Source of the DNA: Octopus sinensis
Lineage: Eukaryota
NCBI RefSeq assembly: GCF_006345805.1
Contig: NC_043002.1
Location: 62,000,001 to 62,064,000, forward strand
Direction: 5' to 3'
DNA: 64,000 bases
Below the pieces are notes generated by a model. That model saw only the letters and a list, made by a program, of their open reading frames with translations, ran no database searches and had not been told where the DNA came from. Position numbers and translations under genes: made by a program. This document shows, in pieces, positions 39,901 through 53,656 of this stretch (its first letter is position 1; every line of letters starts with the position of its first letter).

Positions 39901-40539
39901 TTTTGCGTTAATCTACAGTATTCACTCAAGAATTAGTTAATACTTATATTAGAGTGTTGGTAGTCATGTTGTTTGTGGTATTAGTCGCTGCTATTTTGAG
40001 AATAATGCTGAAGGTCAGCAAAAAAGGGTATTACAAGGAGAAATTTGTTATAAATGATGATATGACTAATATTTTATTATGATAGAAAGGTTCTGACGAA
40101 TTTAGTTCATTGATGGACAGAACGGTCAATTGGTTTACAACGTTTAACTGGTTGTCTAACGACAAGTGAAATTAGAGTCAGTGGGTTACTATTGGCCTAA
40201 TGACCTTCCTACGATGATACAGCAATATTTGATTCAACACACTATTTCTCATAAAGAATCTTGCAACCGACCTAAATAGCAACAAAATATTTTATAGCAA
40301 TAGCGACCGCTAACTTCAGTACAGAAGTGAGGCTACAATTTGTTACGACAACCAGAAACTTTTGAAATTACAAACTACTTCAAAAATTCAGCCAGTTACA
40401 TTAAAATCGTAGTTTTCTATACTGCTGAATGCTAAGCTGCTTTTGTTGGTCAAACTAAAGAGTTTGACTGGACCAAAAAACAAAAAAAGAAAAATAGTGA
40501 AAGGGGTGTCGATGGAGAAGGGAAGAAAAAGAAAGAGAG

Positions 40540-41120
40540 CACTTTCAGATACACAGGCACGCACACACACTCGCGCACACACACACACACACATACACAC
40601 TGTCTCACAAAACAATGAAAAAAGAAATCTAGACAATGTTTTGAGAAGTGACAATTTGCCCCCCATTGAAGTAGCCAGATGGATTTGCCATTTCTAAAAT
40701 CCAAGAATCATTTACTATTGAAAGACTGAAAAGTTGCAATAATGTAAACACATATTTTTCTTCTTTCTCTTCTCCTCCTTCCTTTTATTCTCTTTTCCAT
40801 TTGACACAACTTTCTGATACACAGTCACCCACACACACTTGCGCGCACCACACACACACACATACAAACACTCTCTCACAAGACAATGATTAAAAGAAAG
40901 CCAGACAATTTTTGAAAAGTGACATTTTGTCCCCCTTGCAGTGATCAGCTGGGTTTGCCATTTCTAAAAACCAAGAATCATTTACTCTTGAAAGACTGAC
41001 CAGCTGCAAAGATATCAACAAATTTTTTTTCTTCTTTCTCTCCTTCTTCTTCCTTTCCTTCTCTTTTTCTTTAACACCACTTTCAGATACAAATACACAC
41101 ACACATATACACACGCTCTC
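40540..41120 (+). repeat. ~275-bp tandem repeat, about 2.2 diverged copies
   Basis: Unit actttcagatacac...ctcacaa.acaatga...gacaat...gtgaca.tttg.cccc...tttgccatttctaaaa.ccaagaatcatttact.ttgaaagactga recurs at about 40541, 40810 and 41079. Confidence 0.85.
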
Positions 41121-41439
41121 TCTCTCTCTCTCTCACATAAGAGTGAAAGCAAACGGTAAGGGCTGTTCAGTCATAACGAGGTGAAGTGGTGAACGCTGGA
41201 GAAACGAGCTTTGACAGGAGACAGGCAAAATCGTGTCTTGTAAAGTAAGAGGAAATAGGAAGATAGCCGCTGGTCACGTGTGAGCAATGAGAGAGTCAAG
41301 GAGGAGGAATGAGAGAGAGAGAGAGAGAGAGTGAGAGAAAGAGAAAATACGGAGGAGGAGGAGAAGAAAAACCGAAAGAAGGAAGAATAGTAAATGGAAA
41401 ATAGAGATAGTTGTAGAGGGCACATTAGAATTATTAGGA

Positions 41440-42235
41440 TAAAACTTACTTGGAAATGGATGCGTGGCGTTCGATGATATAATGATATAAATTTCTTCCC
41501 TCTCTTTAGCAGCCAACATAAAGTTGTCCATGCGAGAATCAGAACTCTTCCAAGAGAAGGCCAGTCACAGAGAGGGTGAGATTTGTTAATGGACATGGCA
41601 AAACTGACACGAAGGGGGAATTGCAGTTTTCTCAACGTAAATGGGATTTCTGCTTCTGATGGAGTAAGAGGAATTCTTGGAATGAAGACGTCATCATTTT
41701 TCCACATCCAGAAAGATTGATAGCCTCGATAAACTTTGATATAATTTCCTTTATCATCAGTCGTGTCCCATTACAAAGTATTGGTGGTTACATATTGCGG
41801 AGTAGCATTACATGAGTTCCAGCTGAAAGTGCTAATATGTGGGGACGTAGTGCAGGAGGATCCAGTGAATTGAGAAATTCAGGAGGATAGTTCACCACTT
41901 CATTTTTATCTGGAATTGTATCAACAGACTTGTAAGTTTGAGGAGTGCCTGGAAGAGAATGCATTAGCAGTTGATTTATTTTTTTTAACAGCGACATTTT
42001 TTGGAGCTAATATTGCTTTTTCACACAGCCAATTGTGATTTCGGTAGTTTTCTGTGAAGTTGGGAAATACTTTGTGTTTGAACTCATCCACAGAATTAAC
42101 GACACAGACAATTGCCTCACTTCCATTTCTCATGCAGCGTCAAGAGGCACTTTGCCATCAACAAGTATCAAAATGTCCTGTGCAAATTTTGCGGACATTT
42201 TGTCTCTGTGTAGCTGAGCTCTCAGGTTAGTGGTA
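41440..42235 (-). pseudogene. Helitron RepHel PIF1-like helicase C-terminal remnant
   Basis: [61 protein letters not shown] and FSHGQLYV, in order, with frameshifts and stops. Confidence 0.9.
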
Positions 42236-42503
42236 ACAATGATGCATATATCGCGAATATATAGAGGTATGACCTCGAGTCCTACGCTTAAGGAAAACCC
42301 ACTTTTTCCGTCGATATTAGACTAGGTACTAATATAAGACTATTTTCTTTAGTCAATACACCGTGATCGCTTATAAGTATGTACATACATATATATTCTT
42401 GAAAGGGGGTGAGTGGTGTTCAGTCATATAATAATATAAATAATATATATATACATATATGCATACGTATATGCACATACTTACGTATATATATATATAC
42501 GTA

Positions 42504-42564
<61 letters not shown>

Positions 42565-42588
42565 GTATGTATATATGTATGTATATAC

Positions 42589-42676
<88 letters not shown>

Positions 42677-43081
42677 ATGTATGTATGTATATGTGGCCAC
42701 AGGACGTCAGTCACGAAACGTGAACAACAAAAAAGTAAGAACCACAAGTGCATGGAACATAAACTAGCTTGATTTACGCGTTCGTCACCACAACCATAGC
42801 AGCCCACCCTGTTTTTTTTTTATTTTTCTCACTGTCCTGTTTGTGTTACCAATTTTGACCCGCCGCAAATGCCCAAATTTTATTTAATTTGCTTTTCTGG
42901 AGCAACAGTTTTACCGAAAGCGTATATTGTTACTAAATGCTCGAAAAACGAGACTAGAAAAATAACCAACAACCGACGAAGGGTCGAACTTTAAGAGGTT
43001 CACATTCCATGTCCTCGTGCTTCGTACTTTTTTTGTTGTACACGTTTAATGATGTCAGGTGCTCACATTTGTATTTATATA

Positions 43082-43141
<60 letters not shown>

Positions 43142-43394
43142 TATATGTATATATATGTATAGATGTAAGTATGTACATATACGTATGCATATATGCATAT
43201 ATATATATATATATATACATGATGGACTGTCTCGTCGTTAGACGACGTACGAGTGTTGGACAATTTCTTACCTAACAGCCACACACATGATTCGTTTATA
43301 GTGATCGAATATTGTGTACACATAACCTAACTCCCTCCATCACATCAACAATACCTGTGCAGGTGCAACGAGTACCACATGTCACATGTCGAAA

Positions 43395-43449
<55 letters not shown>

Positions 43450-43948
43450 TATACATATATGTATATATATATATATATATAATATATATATATATATATG
43501 ATTTATTCTCTTTGTCATACTCTCTGTTTATTTCCTGTTCTTCCTATTATCTATTATCAAACGATTTTTCTTATTCTGTTTTCTCTTTGCTTTCCATCTC
43601 TAACCGAATATACTCACCCAGTTTTGTCTTCTTATCTTCCCACCGCTAACATTTCATATCTCTCATTTTCTCTCCTATTTGCGCATTTCCCCATCTTTCC
43701 TTTGTCCTTTACATTCATTAGAGATTCTTCATTTCCCAACCCCCAGATATAACTTTTTTTGTTCTTCTTGTATTACCACCTCCTTGTTATTATTTCATCC
43801 GCATCTCCTATTTTTCAGTGTTTGTAACAACTGATTTCATATTTACTCTCGACTACATTGAAACACTCACATGCACACGCAATTCTATTTCTCTTCTCTT
43901 CCTCTAATGGCATCTACCCTAATCACTCTCTCTTCTGTCTCATTCAGT

Positions 43949-43989
<41 letters not shown>

Positions 43990-44156
43990 TACACACACAC
44001 ACGCATGGGCACGCGCACACATCACTGACATTTGTAAATATTTACTCCTTTTCTCTTTTGTCTTGTATATAATATTCTCTGCATTTCCGTAATCCTGTTA
44101 CAACCAAAATATCCATCCCCTTCTCAATATCTCCCTCCTTTATCTATCTATCTATC

Positions 44157-44207
<51 letters not shown>

Positions 44208-44236
44208 CTCTATCTATCTATCTATCTATCTATCTG

Positions 44237-44276
<40 letters not shown>

Positions 44277-44336
44277 AATCTATCTATATATCTATTATCT
44301 ATCTATCTATTATCTATATATCTATCTATCTGTCTG

Positions 44337-44392
<56 letters not shown>

Positions 44393-44410
44393 TATATCTA
44401 TCTATCTATA

Positions 44411-44481
<71 letters not shown>

Positions 44482-44648
44482 ATCTGCCTGTCTGTCTGTC
44501 AGTCTGTCTGTCTAAATTCCAATCTGTCTGTCTATATATTATGCTGCTACCCACATTATAATATAGACCTACTTATATTAACCTTCGTATTTTCACTATT
44601 TCATGTTTTCTCACATTCCAAATTGCAGAAGTCCTCTACCCGTCCGTT

Positions 44649-44707
<59 letters not shown>

Positions 44708-46162
44708 CTCATACTAACACGTTATCTCCATTTCCTTGTATATATATCTTACCGCTAACTCTACAGCTCACTCTGCTGCTTTCTATATTCTTTCCAGTCT
44801 TTTTATTTTTATCTTTCTACTAATTCTGCTCCCATCCGTTCAAGAGTTAGTCGAAATCAATGTCTCCTCTTTTTTCTCCCTTCTCCATACATTCTGGCGC
44901 ATTCTCTAATCTATTAGCTACAGCCTCTCTCTTTCTCTCTCTCTCTTTCTTTCTTTCTCTCTCTCTCTCTTCTCTCTCTCTCTTTCCCCCTCTTCCATTA
45001 TACTCGGCTTTCGCCCTTCTGCTCTTTTGTTTTGTTACTGTTTCATTCTTTTATTCAATTCTTTCTCTTTGCGTTCATTGATCCTAGATGAGATTATTTG
45101 TCAATGTCAACCAATGTCATTCATATAAAATGGATCTAAATACCGCCTCCGTTAGCTGACCCTTTTACTCTATGTAGATTTACTGGAACGACTACAGAAT
45201 TTTGTATAAATACGACGAAAAAAAGAGAGGAAAATAAAAGATGATGCAAAACAAGACATGACCGTGCTTTTAAGTTACACGAATGAAAGAAAATGCTTTA
45301 CACACAAAGTAAATAAACGAATCACGCGTTTGTTTCGACCATGAGTAAATCCAGTCGCTCAATCAACGAACCAACCTCCGCAGCATATAATGCTGTAACA
45401 GTTTGTCTTCTATCTTCTCTATAAATCTGAGACAAGATCAGCGTAACGCTTTGTATATCAATACCGCCTTTTCGAATTACAGAGAGTCCATCAAACAGAC
45501 GCCTCTGTAGTTTGCTCTGTGCATTTTCTCCCCCGCTGTTCGTCGTAATACATTTGTATGTAAGGTGGTAGAGACACATGACCACGTTTCCCTGTGAAGT
45601 GAAATTGTGCTCGCTGTCTTATGGTTGCATAGGGAAACGTTTGGCTACTCGACGTTTTATGTACGAAGATTGCATCAAAGATTTTCAAGTAAACAGAAAA
45701 TATGAGGCGTTGGTCTACTAATCTTACTCTGCTGGTTAATGGATGTTGATTCAGACTTCCATTTCCGGAAATATATTGCAATTGCGTTCCAAAGACACAT
45801 TGTAATCAATTGTTGTAAGTAAGCGTCTGTGGTATTCGCTGAGTTTCATAATTGCATTTGCCAGATTTCGAATTACCCGAATTATACATTTTCAAACAAT
45901 ACAAAAATATAAAAATGCGTCGGTGAGGGAAAATCGAATTCGGAGAGGCTACTTTCTCTTTCTTTCTGTCTGTCTGTCTGTCTCTTTCAAAGCTATATTG
46001 CGACTGAACTATTTGAACTCACACAATATTCATAGCCATACATTGACCTGTCTACATGTTAGTATTCTCATTGTTTGTGGTGTCTATGTGGGTTTATGTC
46101 TGTTTGAGCAGTCTATGTGGTGTTTATGTCTGTTTGAGCAGTCAATATTCTAAGAATGGGGA

Positions 46163-46345
46163 AGGCAGTGAGCTGACAGATTCGCAAGTACTTTGGACAT
46201 CAAGCTTAGTAGCATTTCGTCCGGCTTTACGTTCAGAGTTCAAATTCCGCCATGATTGACTCCTTTAGCGGGCAGTAAAGTAAGTACAAGCGGAAAACTT
46301 GCCCCGAGCATGCTGGGCTTGTGCCAAAATTTGAAACAAATATTT
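46163..46345 (+). mobile_element. SINE family C, degenerate
   Basis: ggcagtgagctgacaga...gcatttcgtcc..ctttacgttcagagttcaaattccgcc...gggcttgtgccaaaatttgaaac. Confidence 0.6.
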
Positions 46346-47517
46346 TAACAATGGTAAGAAATCGTTTTCCTACCTTGGATGCTAACAATCAAGCCCCAGA
46401 AATGTCATCTGATACGTCATCAAAACTTCCATGTTTCACTTAGCGTTCGTCATTTGTATAAATGTGCATAAAATAGGCAGACATCATAAACTATGCAGAT
46501 TGCTTTATGAATTTACATAAATAAATTGGTAGCTAGATCAAAGATCATCTATGATATAATTTTAATAGATAATATTATTTGGTGAGCGAGATTTTGAAAA
46601 CTCGATATCGTTCAAAATAACTGTTAATGAAGAGAGACAAAATCACAAAATTAGCATAAAGAACATTGACTTAGTCGAAAAGAAATACCTGTTTCTTTCC
46701 ATATGTATTTCTGACAAAGATAAAAGCAAAAAATTAACAGCCTCAGGACCGAACAATATACACCCACAGACCAATTCTAGAAGGAATTCTGGCCCTCATC
46801 AAATATTCATGTTAATAGTATAAATATAGTTCTATATATATCATGCAAGGGCAGTAAAATTTCGTTTTTGTGATGTTTTAAAATGTCGTTGGTCTTACAT
46901 TTCTATATTTAAGAGATGAGAAATTATGTACATTATTTACATTATTTGCATTTGACGAATTCATCCGAAACCTTGTGTTAACAACAAACAAGATGAGGAC
47001 AAATATTCGCATTATTTCGATATAGCTTGCGTGTGGATGAAGGATAAAGGCTTTTGTCATGACGAGAAGCGTTCATTATATGTCAAAACAAGAAACGTCT
47101 TAATGATAATCAAATAATGTAACGTGTCCTAAAATTTTACACTTTACAAGAGTTGATCGGTAGAAAGTCATCTGCTAAATGCGATCATATTCCACATTAA
47201 AAAGGCCAACATTTTTCATTCGTGAAACGTATGTCAGGTAACTAGATATTTACATACGTATCTATGTTTCTTTTCAAAGGATCCAGTACTGCCGAGTGGA
47301 AAACATTTTGGAGAATTTCAGAAAAATGGTAATGTAGAAATTAAAAAAATTTATTCAGAAATTAGAGAATATATTAAACGAAATTTTTACACTTAATGAG
47401 AGATCGGTGTTCAGTTTGCGCTTGTCTCTGATAAGATAAATTAAATCATACAAGCGGATACGCGAAATCTAATTGTCGACATCAGCCACCATTCATGTTT
47501 TACTTTATACAAATAAT

Positions 47518-47600
47518 TACCGTAAATCCTCGAGTATAATCCGCATTTTCCCCCAAAATTTAAAGGTCAAAATTCCTTGTGCGTACTATATACGAGGTTA
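47518..47600 (+). mobile_element. Isolated Tc1/mariner-superfamily (Tc2/pogo-like) terminal sequence
   Basis: TA-CCGTAAATCCTCGAGTATAATCCGCA resembles CCGTA-type TIRs. No partner TIR found. Confidence 0.35.
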
Positions 47601-47859
47601 AAAATGAAAAGTATTTTCTAAGCAATGTCCTAGTCTCTATTTACTGACCGGCCTCCTAGTCAATCTCAGGGAAATTGAAGTCCCCCGCAATATAAACATA
47701 AGTGGCTGTTTTCATAACAGCAACTCTGAGGATATCAAAACATTGTGTGTTTTGATGATAATTTGATGATGATAATTTGGAGGGCGGTAATCAACTCCAA
47801 GTAGAAGTGTTGACATGGTCATGTGTATATTGCAGAAAAATACTTCCTGTTGAGATTAG

Positions 47860-48120
47860 TTCAAATCACCACAAGGAAATTCCGACAGATTTGAACGATC
47901 GTAGACCATCAAACCCCCACCACGGCGATTAATACGGTATTTGCGAAACAGGTTATAGCCGGCTATGCTGAAAACCCCATCGCAGAGTGCAGAATGTGCC
48001 CATGTTTCCGTGACTGTGATGAAATCTGGGTGGATACTTTTGACATAAGAATAATAAAGAGGTACTTTGTTGCATAAACTACAGGCATTTAAGGACAACA
48101 GTTTGTATTTAATACTAAGT
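47860..48120 (-). pseudogene. LINE (CR1/Jockey-type) apurinic endonuclease N-terminal fragment
   Basis: LSLNACSLCNK...PDFITVTETW...IAGYNLFRKYRINRRGGGLMVY, the classic APE motifs. Confidence 0.8.
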
Positions 48121-48807
48121 TTTTCTCCATTTCTAAGTAATGGGTAAAAATAAAGCAACCCTGCAAAACACAACTGATCTTTACACACAGACACACAGAA
48201 TAACAGCAATAAAATATTGACAGCAGAGTTCACAATTAACATCAGCCATCTGACTGTTGCATGTAGACTTGAGAAGAGATGCCAGTTAGTCTTTTACACC
48301 TACCAGGCTCATTCGTATCAACCCGAGTTGCTGGATGATCTTTCCTTCCTTTAAGAACATTGTAGCACCGACATTTTCATAGATTGGAAATTCAATCATA
48401 ATCTCTTTAGAAATTTCTTGTTTCAAGAAAACATTGAATTTGAATTACTTTTAATTTTTTACGGTTATAGATGACAACTCGGGCCATAACTTCTGAGCTC
48501 GAGTCAGGCGCATGTGAACGATGTCGAGAAAACGTCCGCTACGAATGGTATTTTTTCACACAGAGACCCACTAAGACGACTACAAAACGCTGAACAAAAA
48601 TAAATGAACTGCAACGAGGATCGATAAAAGGAGTATAAAAGAAAACTTTCAGGAAAAATAATAAATCATTGACGTAAAAGTTTGTAATATTTTTTCCCTA
48701 CCTAGGCTCTGTTACCTAGGATACATATGTGGCCTGGATTTTACCTACTCTATTCCGAAAATATATATGTTTCTATGTGTGCCTGTATATATACTTATGG
48801 GTATATG

Positions 48808-48860
<53 letters not shown>

Positions 48861-48938
48861 TATATATATGTATATATACATGCATATATGTGTATATACG
48901 TACAAACATATACGTATAATATATATATATATATATAT

Positions 48939-48984
<46 letters not shown>

Positions 48985-49025
48985 GCATATATGTGTATAT
49001 ACGTACAAACATATACGTATATATA

Positions 49026-49069
<44 letters not shown>

Positions 49070-49740
49070 TATATATACAAATGTTACATATATGAATGTA
49101 CACATACAAACATGCTCGTGAGTGCATACCTGCAAATGCAATTATGTATGTGTATATATATGTAATGTGAGGTATATGTATATAAAGGTAATTACCAAAT
49201 ATAGGCATATCGTTTTCCATATCGCATCCATTCAATGGGACCCTCTACAATATGTATACTTGACTCAATAGTAATATTACCTTTTAGTTCATTTCATTAT
49301 TTTCTTCCTTTCTTTCCCTCTTTCCTTCTCCCATTCATTTTTCATCCATGTGTAATGTCTGGGTTTTTTTAGAGAATTTTTAAAATATTTTTGTATTCCG
49401 TGATATTTTATATATCCATTTCCTAGTGAGAGATTCATGACATAATCGCATATTGTAATTTTTCTCTTATTTTTTTTTCTGCGATATATAAATTCTTTCT
49501 TTGCATTTTCTATAATCTGATATTAATGATCGAGCGTTGACCGTATCGATTTCATAATGGAATAATGGAGTAAACACGAGGGATCCTTGTACACAAAACC
49601 ATACAGTATCGCAAGTATCCGGTAACACATAAATATACAAACACTCTCATAGATACACACACACATATACATACCTATATGAAATAGTTTTATATTTGCA
49701 TACATACTTGTAATTATGCGTATGCATGTATTATATATTT

Positions 49741-49778
<38 letters not shown>

Positions 49779-49823
49779 ATATATTGATGAATAGATAGAA
49801 ATATACATAAACAGATATATATG

Positions 49824-49856
<33 letters not shown>

Positions 49857-49858
49857 AT

Positions 49859-49902
<44 letters not shown>

Positions 49903-49975
49903 ATATACATACATATATACATACATACATACATACATACATACATACATACATACGTACGTACGTAGATAAATC

Positions 49976-50049
<74 letters not shown>

Positions 50050-50329
50050 GATAGATAGATAGATAGATAGATCCTATGGCTGCGGGACTGTCTGTATGTG
50101 ACATGTTTTTCTCATTTCGCATTTTTCACATTTATGGAATGTATCTCCTTTAGTAGCGGATTTGACAGACCCACTCTTCTGTGTATATCCTCCCACGATG
50201 TAATTCTTCTGGTCTTTCAGAAAAAAAAAATCCCAAGTATGTTTCGAAGTATCTATACATACATCACGCGGAACGAAGAGTATTTTTGTCCGGGTTATAT
50301 TTACCGTTATATTACCTGTTATATTACAG

Positions 50330-51170
50330 TGTTCTTACACTATCTAGGCGGCTTAGGACTAATATTCTTCATAGGAGTTGCCTGGTACCTTGTATTCCTG
50401 CTTCGCAGTGATCTCTGTATTCAGCAGGCCGCTCGACTGCGCAGTGTTGCCATATTAACAATATGCACATGGGATGATATATCAATGCTCTTGTGGCTTT
50501 CCACATCACGCATCACTTTTACTTTGGTATAGTGTATGCCTATTGCAATCAATCTCTATTGCGATAGTAGAGTGCTTGAAATATCCCAGCACTGAATTGC
50601 ATGTTTTTCCCAACCCATTTGTAAATTGTTTTAGGTAATTCTGGAATTGTATGGTGCATCAGGGTCCTTTATTGCTTACGATACTTTTGTGTCGTCAGCA
50701 TCGCTGGTGAGAATGGCTTGAAATTATAGCCGAATATATATCTAACAGAGCTATCACCAACACTAGTGGTCCCAGTAGAGTTCCCTGAGGGACTCTGTTG
50801 AGTATTGATGTCTTCTTAGAGAGGCCACCAAGGGCTGTAACTGACTGACCCCCGCCTTTTTACAACTTATGCTTCTACTTTCTTGATCTTTCAATGATTT
50901 AAAGGTCACGTAGTTTTTGTCGTATCGTCCCATCACCATCCTTGTCAAATGCCTTACCAAAGTCAAGATATATCATATCCACATTTGAGTGGTTGAAATC
51001 TCTTCTCATTACATAGCAATAATGATGCAGAAGCTGGATGCGGCATCTAATCCCCGAGAAAAGCCCAGCTGCATCCCTGTGAACAAGCTAATTTCAGCAA
51101 TGACCGAGATTACATTCCCTCATCAATCTCTTCCGTATACGTTCTGAGGTCAGAGAATTAAGCTTCTTAT
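50330..51170 (-). mobile_element. CR1/L2-type LINE RT fragment, decayed
   Basis: VDMIYLDFGKAFDK, VPQGTLLGPL, ADDTKVS and KNMQFS motifs; same type as 5906-6933. Confidence 0.8.
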
Positions 51171-51570
51171 TCCTAGAAAAACAAGCTTCTAATTCCCAGA
51201 GAAATAAGCTTCTAATTTCTTCTAAATCTGCACTGCTTCCTTTGTTATCGACAGGACCACAGTTGTTTTAATACATACACACAAAAACACACAAGCAAAC
51301 ACTACACGCGCACGCACGCACAGGCGCGCTCCATCTTGGAGACGGACACCAACGTCCCATATGACAGGCTTGATAATTGTTGGGAGACATTTCCCTCGGC
51401 ATGAAACCGACGGAACACTGCTCAGTCTACAGATAAAGAATATTTATCCACCAATGCGGTATTGACCACTTTTTCTAATTGTTCGAAATTTACGTATACA
51501 TGCATACTCAAACACACACACACACATATATATACACACATATATACACACATATATATATATATATCTT

Positions 51571-51601
<31 letters not shown>

Positions 51602-51668
51602 CTGTATATACATGCGTATATACATATATGTGCAATGTATATATATACATATATAGACACAGACACAG

Positions 51669-51725
<57 letters not shown>

Positions 51726-51826
51726 CGCTCTTATTACATGTCTAAATACCTTACTGTTTTAGACAGTTTCCTACCAAGAACACCTATTAAAAATACTGTA
51801 TATTGTATTCTCATTGAATATATTTG

Positions 51827-51884
<58 letters not shown>

Positions 51885-51885
<1 letters not shown>

Positions 51886-52094
51886 AAGTTAATCCAAACA
51901 AGAAAGCACAAAAAAAGCAAAAAAACAAGGACGTGGAACAAATATAGTATTATTGGACGCTTAGGAAAGAAGGAAAGAAGGAGTTTTTAACGTTTCGAGC
52001 GGAGCTCTTCGTCGGAAACATAGGAGAAGGAAAGATCCAGAGAAGGGAAGACAGAGGGAAAAAAATCGCCAACGGTACACACGAGGTCACATTT

Positions 52095-52100
<6 letters not shown>
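51885..52100 (-). mobile_element. Short PLE-pLTR-like repeat with hammerhead-like motif, inserted in (AT)n
   Basis: Minus strand tgttt-CCGACGA-A-GAGC-tcc-GCTC-GAAAC-GTT-aaaaac. Homologs at 22165, 42700 and 42960; (AT)n on both flanks. Confidence 0.6.
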
Positions 52101-52128
<28 letters not shown>

Positions 52129-53015
52129 TTACATACATTTGTGTAATTATGATTGCAGAGGAACACTTATAATACAAATAGATGCATATCTATATGTATA
52201 CTTGCAGATATATATTGTACATTAGAAACATATACTTGACAATATAGAAAAAATATCAGACACAAACTAAATGTAATTTAGAGAAAATAGTTTGAATAAG
52301 CAAACATAAATATAAACATAAGCTAGAAAAACGTATGTCTGACACACGTATAAATAAAATATGAATATCTAAAACCACCTGCAAACATATATCGAAAAGG
52401 TACACATACATATATGTAAACAGATTCCCGTCTCATCTACACAATAGTCTGCATGCGCTTACGTTTCACACGCGGATAAAGTACAATGTTTGTGCAAATG
52501 TCTTAGCTTTCGTTTATACGTTGGTTACAAGATTAGTTTTACTTGATGTAGATTATGATTATGCGCTAAACTAGCATGGTATGCGGATAATTTAATAGTT
52601 CAATCTTTTGTTCAAGCTATATACATATATATTTTTGGATGTACAGAAGTTGTGACACTAAGCTGACGGAAGCAAAAGGCACTGATATGTAAAGATGGTC
52701 CACAGTATACAGACTAAATTCTCGGCTGTGTAACAGTTGTTTATTAGTGGTGTCACGAAGTTTGTAATATTTTAGTTCTAATGATTGAAATATTTACAGA
52801 GTTATTTCAGTAATTTTATTGAGTGAGAACAGGCATGGCCGTGTGGTTAAGAAACTAGCTTTAGAACAGTCCGTTTTGCGTTCAGTCCCACAGCGCAGTA
52901 CCTTCAGTGAATAACTTTTATTATAGTTACACAGCGACCAATGCTCCTGGAGTGAATTTGGTAGACAGAGCATGCGTGAAAGTATGCCCTATATACATAT
53001 GTATATGTGTATGGT

Positions 53016-53226
53016 GGAGGCGCAATGGCCCATTGGTTAGGGCAGCAGACTCGCGGTCGTAGGATCGCGGTTTCGATTCCCAGACCGGGCGTTGTGAGTG
53101 TTTATTGAGCGAAAACACCTAAAAGCTCCACGAGGCTCCGGCAGGAATGGTGGTGATCCCTGCTGTACTCTTTCACCACATCTTTCTCTCACTCTTACTT
53201 CCTGTTTCTGTTGTACCTGTATTTCA
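53016..53226 (+). mobile_element. tRNA-derived SINE family D, 5' portion
   Basis: tRNA-like head ggcgcaatggcccattggttagggcagcagactcgcggtcgtaggatcgcggtttcgattccc with A/B boxes, followed by non-tRNA body. Confidence 0.65.
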
Positions 53227-53616
53227 CTCTCTGTCACCTGCGCAGGTGCTGTTACATACTGCTGACAGTTTTATAACGTCTTAATGACCAGAGTACATCA
53301 GGGATATGCGACAGTTGCAATATTCACACAAATACACGCATATATATATACACATATATACCTACATATATATAAATACATATATGCATGTATGGATGTA
53401 TGTATATATATGTTATATATATATATAATATTATATATATATATATATAATATAGGTGAGAAAGTTGGTGTGTGAAAGCACGTGGTTGAATATATAGAAA
53501 ATAGTAAAAAGTGAAAAAACTACAGAAGGCTTGTTTTAAAAGGTTAAAAAATATATATTTGAGTCAATATGTCTGAAGAATGTTATAAATTTTTTTCATA
53601 CAATGACATAGTTTAG

Positions 53617-53656
53617 AAGAAATGACCGGTTTCGCGTTCAGCTTTTCAAATTTCTT
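53617..53656 (-). ncRNA. Minimal type I hammerhead-like motif (U3-A8 variant), left-arm copy
   Basis: Identical to 54632-54671 in inverted orientation. Confidence 0.55.

Noticed and set aside
40088-40130. Degenerate hammerhead-like CTGACGA...GAACGGTC
   Set aside because: GAAA is incomplete and extra bases precede helix II; too decayed to support.
45322-45781. Two minus-strand ORFs (87 and 96 aa) in unique sequence
   Set aside because: No recognisable motifs or splice support, and lengths are within chance expectation.
48876-49020. ~100-bp tandem duplication within AT-rich repeat; also a ~23-bp triplicate at 51161-51222
   Set aside because: Ordinary slippage products in low-complexity DNA.
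53016-53090. tRNA gene
   Set aside because: It has A/B boxes but poor cloverleaf pairing and continues into a SINE body, so it is treated as a SINE head. The same applies to the heads of families A-C.
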